From Phoronis australis (Eukaryota; Animalia; Phoronida), in contig NMRA01000037.1 in assembly GCA_002633005.1 (NCBI GenBank), positions 186,001 to 250,000 of the forward strand: a stretch of DNA of 64,000 nt, in the 5' to 3' direction. Below are positions 24,701-36,793 of this stretch, piece by piece (position 1 is the first letter of the stretch; the number at the start of each line of letters is the position of its first letter). The position numbers and the translations under genes are program-made. A model generated the notes under the pieces. That model was not told the DNA's origin. It did not search any database and saw nothing but the letters and a program-made list of their open reading frames with translations.

Positions 24701-25835
24701 TCCGCAATGAATATAGACCCTATTCATGCAGTTGCCATTTATCTTGTTAGGTTGAGAAAACAATGCAATAGCGACAAAAATATAAAAAGGCACGCAAAAA
24801 TCACATTTTGCACTGTGATTAAGTGTGGAATGCCTTGTTTTTTTAAACCTAAAAGGAAGCTGCATAAATACGGTGTATTAGCTTGATTTCCATTCCCAGC
24901 CTTACTTGTATTGTCCGTGACCAGACTCTTTCAGGTGACCCAGCTGGTGTGCTTGTTTCTTGAACTGGTCAAGCCTTGCCTCTCTAATGTGAGCCGGCAG
25001 TTCACCATTCTCAAGCTCATCTAGCAGATCCTTAAAAAGTACATCAGAAAAAATGAATTACACTCTCAGCAAGCAATATTTCTGCTGTGGTGCAACAAAG
25101 TTGAAAGTTGTCCACACCGAGTCGAATTGCTACTTATGACAAAAGAATGACACCTCATAAGGAAAGAATTTGTAATACTTGTGTCTCTTAGATTTTTTTA
25201 ATCACCAACAGGATTTATTTCGCAAAACTTCCTCAAAATGCCACGGTGAAGGAAGCTTGAGCGAACCACAACAGATTTTTATGGATATGTCCAAGTTATG
25301 CTGACTAAATTGTCGGCAATATAGGATACACGGGTTCCTGATCTGAGAACCAGTTACTCCTACTGTCACTGAATTATAATATCTGTTATTCAGTGGAAAA
25401 AACTGATACTCAAAAAGTCAAGGCAATTTTAAATCAGGGACCAACCTGTACTAGCTGTAGATCCGAATATTACCAGTTTGTCTCCAGAGTCATGGTATGG
25501 TTAACTATAACTAAATGAGTATATATGCATGTTTCATTCGATGTTATTCCCTGTATTGTGAGCTGAGTAACTTTTTATGGGGGTGTACTATCGCCCCTGT
25601 ACGCGGACGATGTAATTGCCTAACTGATTTGGTGAATGACTGAATGTTTACGTCGTAACTATGGTTCTCTTGAACAAAACTGATCAAAAATTACAATAAC
25701 ACGAACTGTTTTGATTGATCCTATGATCATTGACATAGTTCAATCAATTTTCAAAGATCTTACTTCCTCAGCGAGAGCTTCATCGTCTATAATCGCTCCA
25801 GCTTCTGTCGCTGTCACTGTTACAGCGTCCGCCAT
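21781..25835 (-). CDS. TXNDC9: Thioredoxin domain-containing protein 9 / phosducin-like protein 3 (Plp1-like), 214 aa
   Basis: Exons 25835-25764, 25030-24906, 23810-23696, 22811-22678, 22159-22083, 21902-21781 total 645 nt in frame. Motifs: IREARLDQFK..GHGQY, CVVHFYHSDFKRCLIMDTHLE, TKFVKINVDSAPFLVKRLNVRVLP, DRITGFDTLGNSDNF, acidic C-terminus. Confidence 0.9.
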
Positions 25836-27907
25836 TTGTAATGCTTTATGGTCTTCTCAAAGAGGAGAGTGTAGATCAGTGAAGCGCCACTTATGAGTGT
25901 CAGACGCTGTAAAAGGCGCAGTATGAATATAATCCGCATCAAAAACTCAACTAAGAATATACAAACTATGAGCCAAGAAAATCTTAACCCTAGCAAAAAC
26001 ATTGACATGGCGACTGTTAGTTGAGTAGCCACCCATGGTCCCTTTAGCCGGAGACATCAGTGCCTACTAAAATCAGCTCTTGATATTTTTGTTGTTTCTT
26101 GTTAGGCACTTTGGCAGTCTTACAATGGCCCAAAGATGACATCACGCGGCGTTTGAGATCCCGACTTAATTACCTCACGGTCCCTCCTGGGATCCTAAAA
26201 AGAAACGCGCCACCGTATCTTTGGGCCACCCGCACAATCTTCAAATTCGAGCCCTTTGAACAACCCCCCCTCCCCCCCCCCNNNNNNNNNNNNNNGTGTA
26301 CCAACGATATAGGAGCTGGCTATGGGAGGTATTTCATCTGCTCACAGTAAAATCACAGCCACAGATTAAACGCTACGCAGAATTTTATCTATGGAACAGC
26401 CACGTGCGTGACTCGGGGCATGAGTTTGAAAACACCGAGACCTTCTTTGTCAGTGTAGAGAAGTACAAGAGGACATATGATCCGATTCAATCCACAAGGT
26501 CTTCCCTTACCAAGCTTGATGGCGCCAAACACAAGCGACAGCCGTACCGTGGAACGGGAAAATGATAACAAGACAAACATGTTCCCGCGTGGCTAGAGTT
26601 CCCGCCACTATAGGATTTTATATCAACAATCGAAGAAGAAGACGAGAGATCTTCGAGTTACTAGAAATAGGTAAATATATATTCTGTATCTAGCTCATTG
26701 GTCCAGCATACAAGTCTCATTTTCAATATTTTATAATTAAAAAATCTGTAACACAAGTTTCTGGCTCAAAATGCGTAGATTTCCCATGTATAGTTAATTA
26801 CTACCAATTTTTACCTCTTACGTGGTTCTTTAAAATTTTGTGGTGTTTTGGATTTCTTTTCTGTTGACATAATGTTTCAACAAGCTATTACGTATACCTG
26901 TATTTTAATCTGGGTGATAAACGGTTGTATATGAAATATGCATTAAGCAAATCTTACGCATATAAGATTTGCACCGTAAGTAAACGAGAAAGCGTGCACT
27001 GTTTATCCCAGAAAACCTTCGAATTCTTCGGTTTGATAGCGCCATCACAGATTAGAGTTAGCTAGTCGCTATTGCCGAATGTGTATTGGATGAGATACTT
27101 CACGAAAAATACATGAAACGAACAATACAGTGCCGTTTACACTACTAAAGTTGACACGGATCAGCTGACACGGAACGAGTTGTTCCGGTGTGTAAACGGC
27201 ACTGACACGGAACAAATTGACACCGCGGTGACAACTTTTGCCATCCGTTTGGTAGGTAGAGCAATTTAATTGTGCTCGAACATGTTGCTCGTGTCAATTA
27301 TATGTCTAAACGCGTAACTGGGGCAAGGCGGAAAGGATCATCTCTACTGCGCTTGCCTAATGATCGACCTACGTACGGGTTCTTTGTCTCTGCAACTCTC
27401 GTCATTTGTAAACCTGCGCATGTGCGATCCAGTCTCTCCAGCCTGCAATTTCCGTCTTGCCACAGTTATAGTGAGTTGTGTGTGTAAACGGACGCTTGAC
27501 ACCGATCAATTTGCTCGGTGTCAGTTGCGACGAGCCAAAAGTTGATGTCTAACCAACACGACTGGTTTCAAAACTGAAAAGTAAATATTATATGTCCTGG
27601 AATGTTTAAATCTATGCGTTATAAGAGAAATTAGCGAATAGGCTTGGTTCTGAACAGCGCGGCTCAGCCACGCGCGTGAATGGTTGGGCACAGTCTGGTT
27701 TATGCTCGCATTACGATAACAAAACCTCAAATGTTAGACTCAGAAGGATTTCCCTTTCCCTCATGTGCGATATAGATGTATATCTCGAGTGTAATGTAAT
27801 ATGCCACATTTTCAAATACTTCGTTTTTAAGATCCTTGGTTCAAAGCACGGAAATAAGTGGGGGTACTATAGCCCCCCAACCCAATATGGTGCGCACCGC
27901 CCATAGG

Positions 27908-27983
27908 CATGGGTGGCGCAGCACTGAAATAAGTGGGGGGGGCTACATGGGAAGTTATAGCCCCCTATTGTGCGCCGCCCATG
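27908..27983. mobile_element. Tiny hAT-like MITE with an adjacent partial copy (~27851-27903)
   Basis: TIRs CATGGGTGGCGCA / TGCGCCGCCCATG. The internal aaataagtgggg..tatagccccc is repeated immediately upstream. Confidence 0.5.
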
Positions 27984-30900
27984 ATTCTTGATTAATTTTT
28001 GGGAATATGTCCTTCAAATGGTAAATGTTACTTGTCATTTAAAAACTGAAGCACTGAGCCAAAAACAAAACTTTGAGAGACAGTTCTGAAGTTCCAAACC
28101 ACATTCAGCCAATTAAGTATGAAAACGCGCTGCCCATCTACTCTCACATTTTATTTTAAATAGTTTTATTTATAATGTGGTAACGACTGATTTGTGCATA
28201 AGTCTACAAAATCTCATAAGATGGAAACGTGTCATATTGGTCACAGTGGTGCTTGTGATTTGCCGCAGTGCTAGGATTGCTTGCTTCAAATTCAAGAAAA
28301 ATTTTATTCTTGGTTGTGTTACAATTCGAAAGTTAGAAACAAAAATATGCCCGTGAGACTACAATTTCAAGAACTAACCTGGTTATGACCGTTTATGAGG
28401 GTTGGAGCTGAGACATAGCAGCCTAGTCGCAACCTGTGCGTGGAGACATTCCACAGTGTAATTCACTATATGAACGCCTACCAAAATGAACGTTCACTTA
28501 CATCGATCTGTGGAACTTTATGACAAGTATTTTAGCATTAGGGGTCAAGTTTTCCAAAAACAAATGTTTGCTATACGTATAAAGAACAGAACATGTTATT
28601 TTGAATATGTCAGTTTCTGTTTCAGATGGTGGCTTTGGCTAAGCAAAAGTTTGTTAAGCTCGATGCTGTGGTTGGCAGATCAGGGGTGAACACAAAGCCA
28701 TGCATACGAATATCCTCCTGTATGATCTATGACGTCACTAAAGGTAAGACGGTGCTTCATATTAGCAGCGCGCTTCTGAAAATAATTTCTTCAAGTCTTG
28801 TTTCAAATGGTGTAGTCGCGCAAATTCACTGGAACTTTATTAAATTATCCAGAGTCATGTAACCAAGAAGACGAGTCAAATTACTCTCGGTAGTCTCGAT
28901 GTACATAAATTATGCAACTTTATAGTGTAATGACCTGCAAATTGATTCCGGTAAATTCACTGACCACAAGAGCAGAAAGCAGAATTTTAAATAATGGCGG
29001 TGATTATTAGCATAATTTATGCAAATTTATCAACTGCAAACTGATTAGTGGGTGCATACCAGCACCTACAAGCACAAGTAGAGTTTTCAATGATGGTTGC
29101 CTTAATTTGTACGATTCATGGAAATTCTCGATGCATCCACCTCCAAAGCAGTCCCTTTAAATTCACTTACCATAAAACAGGTGAAAATATTACAATAATC
29201 TACTTGTAGTGTTTGGTAAGAACGTTATAACCCGGGAATAAAAGAATTTTGCATAATGGCTGCATATTTAAAAATGCTCAAGGTTGGCATGATTGCAACC
29301 CACCTAAAATGCTTCAGGGTTGCTACCTAGACATGAAACAAACAAACAAAAAACTTTATACAACCAAACGTTTCTTGATAACCAGTTCTGGCTACTACAT
29401 TATGTGTGGCTTTGCTATGCTGAGAAATAAAGTCAAACTGAAATAACTAAACTCGCATGAATAAAACGCAATGACCCCAGAGGTACCAAGGGCAACTACA
29501 GGATTTGAAGTGTGTTAGAGTCGTGAATACCAACAAAAAGGGGATTTTTAGAATGAGAAAGCCGATATATAAAACGAAAAACAAGTTTGAGTGACATGGC
29601 CGGAAGTCAAATATGGGAAAATGTTTCTCTCAAAATCACATTGTGGTATGACACATTCAAACTTCGAAGGTTGAAACTTAAAATTTCGACCTCAAATCGG
29701 CAAACTATACAGGTGAACAAAAAGTGTAGAAAATTTTATAATCCTTATGTGGGCTTTGCACATGAGGAATTTCCAATTTAATAACAACGTACGTGTTAGC
29801 ACGGGCACACCTTTGCCTGGTTGGCGATCAGGTCCGAAGACAAAGAATTTCACTACTTCAATCAAAGATATTATATAAAATCTTTGCTTCAACACCATGT
29901 TCGCTACTCAAAACGTGTGCTAATGAGGTGAAGCTGACATGCATAACTACACAAAACGTACCGAGAGCGGCGTAGACTGGTCGAAGTAATATCCCAAGAG
30001 ACATTATACCGCGCCATACGCGGAATAAGGTCACGGAGTGGGAGATTATTTCATCTAAGCCATTCGAGGTACTTTTTGTATTTATCCCATACGCTTCGAA
30101 TTCTTAAGTTTCTTTCATCTATTCGGCAGATTTTTTGAATACTTCACCCAAACTGTTCACGTGGCGGATCACATCCTATATGAATGTACTTGCGCGTTAT
30201 ACGGTTACAAGCTTTTTAATTCTCTAGTAAAAGAAACAGTTTTAAACGTAACTATTTATTATTGGAAGAGATAACAAAGATGAAAACAATGGTATCAGTG
30301 TATTGGATTTGTAACATTTTCTGAAAATAATTAAATAACAATAATATTTAATATTGTATTTGCCGAGGAATCGACACCTGAGTTGAAGACGATATAATAT
30401 TTTGTAAATAAAACTGAGACAGAAGTGTCATATAATTATCAGTTTTGTACCATATGCTGTGTTTGGGGTCTGATTGCATGTTGAGTGTTATTTGTACTGC
30501 TGCAACTTTATTACTTTAAACTATTTTGGGAAAGTTTGATGATCGAACCGGCTTCCAACGTCGAGTCGACATTGACTTACTTCTTGAAATTTCCATGTCA
30601 AAGGGCACTGTTGAAGTAGTTCCGGGAGTGCCATACCGAAAACCGTAAAACCACACGGTCGTATTGCGCTCAATTTATTCAACGCGTACGGGATAAAGTA
30701 TTGCATTTGTGTCCATTTAGGAACATTTTACTGTACTAAGAGTGTGCAAAGTTTAATAGCTCGTAAAACATTGATTGATTGCTTTGTGTACAAATAAGCT
30801 CAGTTCCAACTAATAATCGTGATTCTTGAATCTAAAACGGCTCATTCTCAAACAGGGAAGGCAATTAATATAGGGCTAGATATTTTGTATTTTTGTCGAC

Positions 30901-31968
30901 CACTGGGCGACATTAAATTTGAGACGACTGAATGGGACTCTTTGACTTGGAGAATACTGCGTTGGGACGAGGCCGTGGTTCAGTGCATCGCTGCTGATTA
31001 TGCATTGGCATTCCTAATTCATATTCTTTTAAGCATAAATTGAGTATATACTAATTTTTCTAAGACATGTTTCGAGGCCCAAATTCGCCTGCGCAGAAAA
31101 CACAAAACAAAGTGCATCAGTAGACAGGGATTTGTTTCCGGTATAGGTACAATTATTGAAGCGATGTTTATTTATGGTTACTGAGAATTGTGAAATTTAC
31201 ACCCAAGTCCGAAATTTCATTTTCCGGTGTAATGAACCTTCGGAGTAGCGCTGCAACTCGTGGAGAGATGAACCTTCGAGTAGGCTTGTGTACTTCTCTT
31301 CCTGGTGAGCTTCCGAGTATGTCTGAAGACAGTGTCACGTGATTAACCAGTTCAATTGCTTTGCTATCATCCATAAAACAAGTCAAATACTACCGTAGAA
31401 GATTACCGATATGCACTGAAAATTTTCTTAACCTCGGATGAGGCGTTTCATATTAGCAGTTCATTGACCTAGTTCTTGGTGGTAGTGAAGGCTGGCCCAT
31501 TTCAGTGTCTTCTGACACGCCATCCCTCATAACTGTTTGTAATTTAGCAACGAAGACTGGCCCTCCCAGCATTAAGGTCAAAACCGAAGTAGTCATCTCA
31601 GCATTTTTACAAGGTCACATCATGCATGTACCGCACTGGTGCACAGTGTTCGAACGTCAGAAAATAAATGTGCTGGCCCCCCGGACCAGTTACTTTAATA
31701 TGAGACCACATCCACATAGGGTCTACACTATGTGAAAGTTTACTGGCCCCGTCACAAATCCATTGGCCCCGGGCCGCCGGGTAATGCTGGTGCATGTCAG
31801 TTCGTAACATATAGACGCACAGACGTCTTTCGGCTTCATGACTACTGACGACAATGAACTCGCCATCACAACAACCGAACTTTAATTTAGGCCACTTATC
31901 CGTTTTGAAATTGGTCTCACGTGACACCTTAGTCGAACCTGGGTGATTTTAGGGCCTTCCTTTAAATT

Positions 31969-32125
31969 CAGGGGCTGATCCAGGATTTTGAGTTGGGGGG
32001 CCAGGGCAGAGTATTAGCCAGGATGTTGCCCGTGAGACATTCGCACCCCCAAACTGCCAAACGGAGTGGGAGAATTTTAGGAGGAGGGGAGCATGGCCCC
32101 CTTGCCCCCTCTAAATCCTCCAGTG
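31969..32125. mobile_element. hAT-like MITE (CAGGGGCGGATCCAG-type ends), degenerate
   Basis: Begins CAGGGGCTGATCCAGGATTTT..GGGGGG and ends GGCCCCCTTGCCCCCTCTAAATCCTCCAGTG. Confidence 0.55.
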
Positions 32126-32742
32126 ATATTTGACAGTTTGTTAATGTTTGAGACCAGGCTCTTCAAGTGTGACGTGGGATTTCATGCGCCGAGCATTTTC
32201 TATAAGGAACTGCCAGTGTTTTGTAAACCTAGAAATCTTCTCTGGAGCAAACCAAACTGAGACCAATTTCATAGCGATAAACGGTCTAAGTTAAAAGTTC
32301 GCTTCCTGGACGGAGCGGAGGTTTACGGCCGCGTTAAGAGCCGGCAAGAAGCTATTAGTCTGCAATTGACATTAGCTGTTTATAGAATAATAGCAAAATA
32401 ACAAAACAAATGGTGTTTTATGTGTTCTCTGCAATTTTTATGTGCTACAGTGAACAACAAATCGACAAGTCGTCTCACTCGCGAGTTTTTAAACAAGTGA
32501 AAACTGACGGCTTCTGCACGCTCTTAAAAACGGGCACACTATTTCCAAAACGTCCTATCAAACATGATTTGCAAAGATTTTTCTAGAACAAACTCATTCA
32601 AATTTGTACTGTTTCGGAGACTGCAAAGGTCCCACTCCGGGTGTTAACGGATTACGAAGTTAAATTTCGCTGTGTCTTCCATCCAGCGTATGTAAACGGG
32701 ACCCATAACGTGAAGTCTTGACTGATGACAGCGATAACATAC

Positions 32743-33398
32743 NNNNNNNNNNNNNNNNNNNNNNNNNNNNNNNNNNNNNNNNNNNNNNNNNNNNNNNNNN
32801 NNNNNNNNNNNNNNNNNNNNNNNNNNNNNNNNNNNNNNNNNNNNNNNNNNNNNNNNNNNNNNNNNNNNNNNNNNNNNNNNNNNNNNNNNNNNNNNNNNNN
32901 NNNNNNNNNNNNNNNNNNNNNNNNNNNNNNNNNNNNNNNNNNNNNNNNNNNNNNNNNNNNNNNNNNNNNNNNNNNNNNNNNNNNNNNNNNNNNNNNNNNN
33001 NNNNNNNNNNNNNNNNNNNNNNNNNNNNNNNNNNNNNNNNNNNNNNNNNNNNNNNNNNNNNNNNNNNNNNNNNNNNNNNNNNNNNNNNNNNNNNNNNNNN
33101 NNNNNNNNNNNNNNNNNNNNNNNNNNNNNNNNNNNNNNNNNNNNNNNNNNNNNNNNNNNNNNNNNNNNNNNNNNNNNNNNNNNNNNNNNNNNNNNNNNNN
33201 NNNNNNNNNNNNNNNNNNNNNNNNNNNNNNNNNNNNNNNNNNNNNNNNNNNNNNNNNNNNNNNNNNNNNNNNNNNNNNNNNNNNNNNNNNNNNNNNNNNN
33301 NNNNNNNNNNNNNNNNNNNNNNNNNNNNNNNNNNNNNNNNNNNNNNNNNNNNNNNNNNNNNNNNNNNNNNNNNNNNNNNNNNNNNNNNNNNNNNNNNN
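32743..33398. other. Assembly gap (N run)
   Basis: Run of N bases. Confidence 1.
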
Positions 33399-33906
33399 AA
33401 GGGCCTTTCATACTAACGTCGACGCGTCGATGGTTTGGGGAGTTGCGGTCAGTATGAACGCTTAACTCCGGTCCTGGATCGCAGTTAAGAGCTCCAGTTA
33501 ACATCGCAGTTAATAGGTGGATTTAAGACCGCAGCGTCGACGCTGCGGTGCAGTATGAACGCTTAACTCCGGTCCAATCGAAGTTATCGCCAGGTGCCAC
33601 TGTTATCATCAACAGTTACAGAGTAGTGCCGTCACTAATAACTACTTATTTTTGGGTTTAATGATAACCAATCGATTTAAAAATGAGTTTTATGTCATTT
33701 AGCACATTTAAATGTTCCAAATTGTCACATTGAAAAAAATCTTAGTGTGCAGCGCTACCTTGCGATAACTTCGATGACGTCAGGGTCACCAACCCTTTAC
33801 TTCGATGGTCATTAACTACCGAAGCCAGTATGAACGGTCCAGTTAACTGCGCTGTTTACGTCGACGCTCCGCTCAGACCGGAGTTAAGTCAATATGAAAG
33901 GGCCTT
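33399..33906. mobile_element. Harbinger-like MITE, copy 1 (~500 bp)
   Basis: TIRs AAGGGCCTTTCATA / TATGAAAGGGCCTT. Highly similar to 38909-39387. Internal CAGTATGAAC and GTCGAC subrepeats. Confidence 0.8.
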
Positions 33907-35488
33907 ACGTTTTTTCCATTCTGGGTCATTGCCATTTTTGCTTTTTTGAAACAATCTCGCGTTGGTTGTTTGAATCGCGTGAGTTGGTGTTGCTTTCCTT
34001 CCACATATTCTGTGGCATTATTGACCAATTTTTATTTTTTGTACTTCCCTCATAAAAGCTGGCCCTTGAGGAAAAAATGAATAAATACATGAAGAGAGTT
34101 GCCACGAATGCCATCAGCGCCCTCACCCGGCCTTTCCATGATCTGGGATTTATATTGCATGGAAAAACGGAAAAAAGCGAGAGCAACAAATGACTCCATT
34201 ATTTCTTGCCAGAGATCCTACCTGGAGAAATACAACTTTGGATTCCTTAAAAATGTCTTTTTAAATTTAAAACACTGGAATCAATTTGTTCTGGAAAGTC
34301 TGTGCATTAGTTCTCTTTTTTCGAAGTTTGTATGAATATGAAGGCGTTGTCCAAATTGATTGTTGTGGAACCATGCTGCACAATAATCAACCTCGGGAAC
34401 CCCAACAAAACTGCTCAGGCCAGGGCACTCTAAGGGTGAATCCAGCCCTGGTAGTTGACAAATGTTCTTTCAATTTTTTCTCTTTTACGTGTTTTGCGGT
34501 GCTTATTTTTTCTCCACTGCCCCTCGCCCTAAACCTGTACCGGTCGCTATGAAGAGTTCGCCTTCACGCCTCCAAATTATTTACGAGCGCTCACCCTCCC
34601 AATCCCTCTAGGGAGAAGCTCCCCATCACCTTCATTTTCCTGCCCCCCTCGCGTTCTACGCCTATGTTGATCATGTTCGCATAATGTGCAAATAATGTTC
34701 CTGTCACACAGCTTATAGAACGCCTGATCACCACACGATTTTGTCCCACTCCGCTCCCGTGGGCGGCTTTTCCTGGGACGCGATGCGCGAATTTCAGGCT
34801 ACCGGATTCCCTAATATTTTTTATCGATTTGGCCTAATTCCTTCTCAAATTGTTCAACTTTTTATTCTTCAGAAGGCAACCTCTGAGCGCTCTCGCACTG
34901 TTGTCACTTTACCGGCCATTGAACAAGACTGCAGCCTATTTCTGACTGATTTCTTCGCTAGTCACATGAATGTTATCGTGTTGTTCATAATTGCCGCCTT
35001 CTTGGTCATGATCGTCGTCGTCCTCCCCATCGTCGTCTTTTCGATTAATTTCGCCAAGTGTCGCTCCTCCGAGCGCCCTCGTCTTTGAATGTTAATTTGA
35101 CTGTCTGAAACTCTTTGAGTTTTAGTTTTAGAATTTGCGTTTAATAGTAGACTGGTTGAAGCGTTCGACTCCTCGCTATTGGGTTTGCCGGCAAAGCCCG
35201 AACAAAGTTCTTATCAAACGGTCATCGAGCTGTGAAAGAAAGACAGCTAGGGCAGGAAAAAGACTAGTATCTTCCTTCTTTACGGCAACGGTGTTATTTC
35301 TTTTTTTCCCATATTTCTTGTGCTGCGTACCGCTATTCTGTTCTTGCAAACGCTTTTTTTCTCATTAACCGCAGGTCTTTTCTTTCTCTTACATTGTGCC
35401 ATAACTCGCACAAGTTGCGCGTGCTTGACACTGCTTAATACAGTCTATACTTCAACTGGGGACATGGATATTTGCTGCTCATGGAAAG

Positions 35489-36420
35489 CAGTGGCGGATT
35501 TAGGATATCACAAGGGGGGCAACATTTTGTCCGGCTGTAAGCACATTTGCGCAAACCACGATTGCAGATGCGCATATCACCGAATGAGGGGAAGTATTAT
35601 CTAAGAAAAAAAATGCAAAAAATACACGGAGAACGTGTCAAACAGCGAAAACTGCAAGCGCCACAGACTCGAACTCCCGACCTGGCGGATAGAGCGCGCG
35701 TGCTTTACAACTACACCACCGCGATTTAACCCCTAGTCTGATACGAAGAGACCTACTTGTTTATGGTCCACAGCGTTTGCGCGAGAAACCTACTTCTTTT
35801 TTAATGCTTATTACACGTTTTATATTTTGTGCAATCGGTTCTTAACAAATTTGTTGTATTTAAAATAGTCTTCAAATACCCAAAAGACCAAATCCGTTTT
35901 TTGTGTTGGCAATAATGACGGGATTGCTTTGGAAATCGTCTTAAGATAAGGTTTGACAAAGAGAGAATTATGAGTTTCTGATTGATTCGCTAAGGCTTCG
36001 ATTAAAATTCACATCTTACCAGCAGCTTCTGTTTTTTCATCGTCACTCAGGGTTCTATTTTCATTAAAAAATTAAGTAAACTTTCTTCATTGCACAGTGG
36101 AGCAGACGACGGAAACGGAGTCGTAGTGCGCAGCGCCACTGCCGGTCGCCTGGGATATCGCGGGACAACCTATACTTAGCCATAGTTCCCTTACGAATGC
36201 GCCGTGTTCCGAATTTGACACTTGAAATTGGATCTGAGCCCCCCCCCAAACACTTAAACTGCAAACATTTAAATGTTGTTTTATCCGCATAATTTTAATA
36301 AACTCAACATTTCCCTACGCTCTTGCTGTTTTATTTTTTTGCGGCAGCCAAGGGGGGGGGGAATTGTGGCACGAAATGAAAAACATTGGACACCCTCATG
36401 ATATCTTAGATCCATCACTG
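35489..36420. mobile_element. hAT-like non-autonomous element containing a tRNA-like segment
   Basis: 22-bp TIRs CAGTGGCGGATTTAGGATATCA / TGATATCTTAGATCCATCACTG with subterminal G runs. No clean TSD seen. Confidence 0.65.
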
Positions 36421-36793
36421 CAGGCAATCATTTGTTTCGTAGATTGCCCTGCGTTTGTAAGGGTTTTGGACCCGCTACTTGGAAGAGATAGCCTACCCCC
36501 GGGGGCAGTCCACGAGTAAGGAAGATTGTCTACCCTGAAAGCGATCAAAGACGAAATTTCTCTCATAAAATTTTGGTAATGCTGTAATAGATTTTGATTT
36601 TTAGATTCTCCACGAACAAGCGTGTTGAAGACGTGCGGGAACACCTTTGATGATCTCGGTCATTACATTCCGATTGCTCATCACTTCCTGATCGTTTGTC
36701 ACTTCGCTATAAACTGTCTCGAAGTAGCATTATCGTTGTGTTTGTGAAAATTCATTTTTATCTAGTGACATTCAGTTTTGAATATTTTTACAG

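Noticed and set aside
32644-33504. Long ORFs in the ORF track
   Set aside because: They are read through the N gap and MITE sequence, so they are artefacts.
35661-35723. Functional tRNA gene
   Set aside because: It has A/B-box-like motifs but no convincing acceptor or anticodon stems, and it lies within a TIR element.
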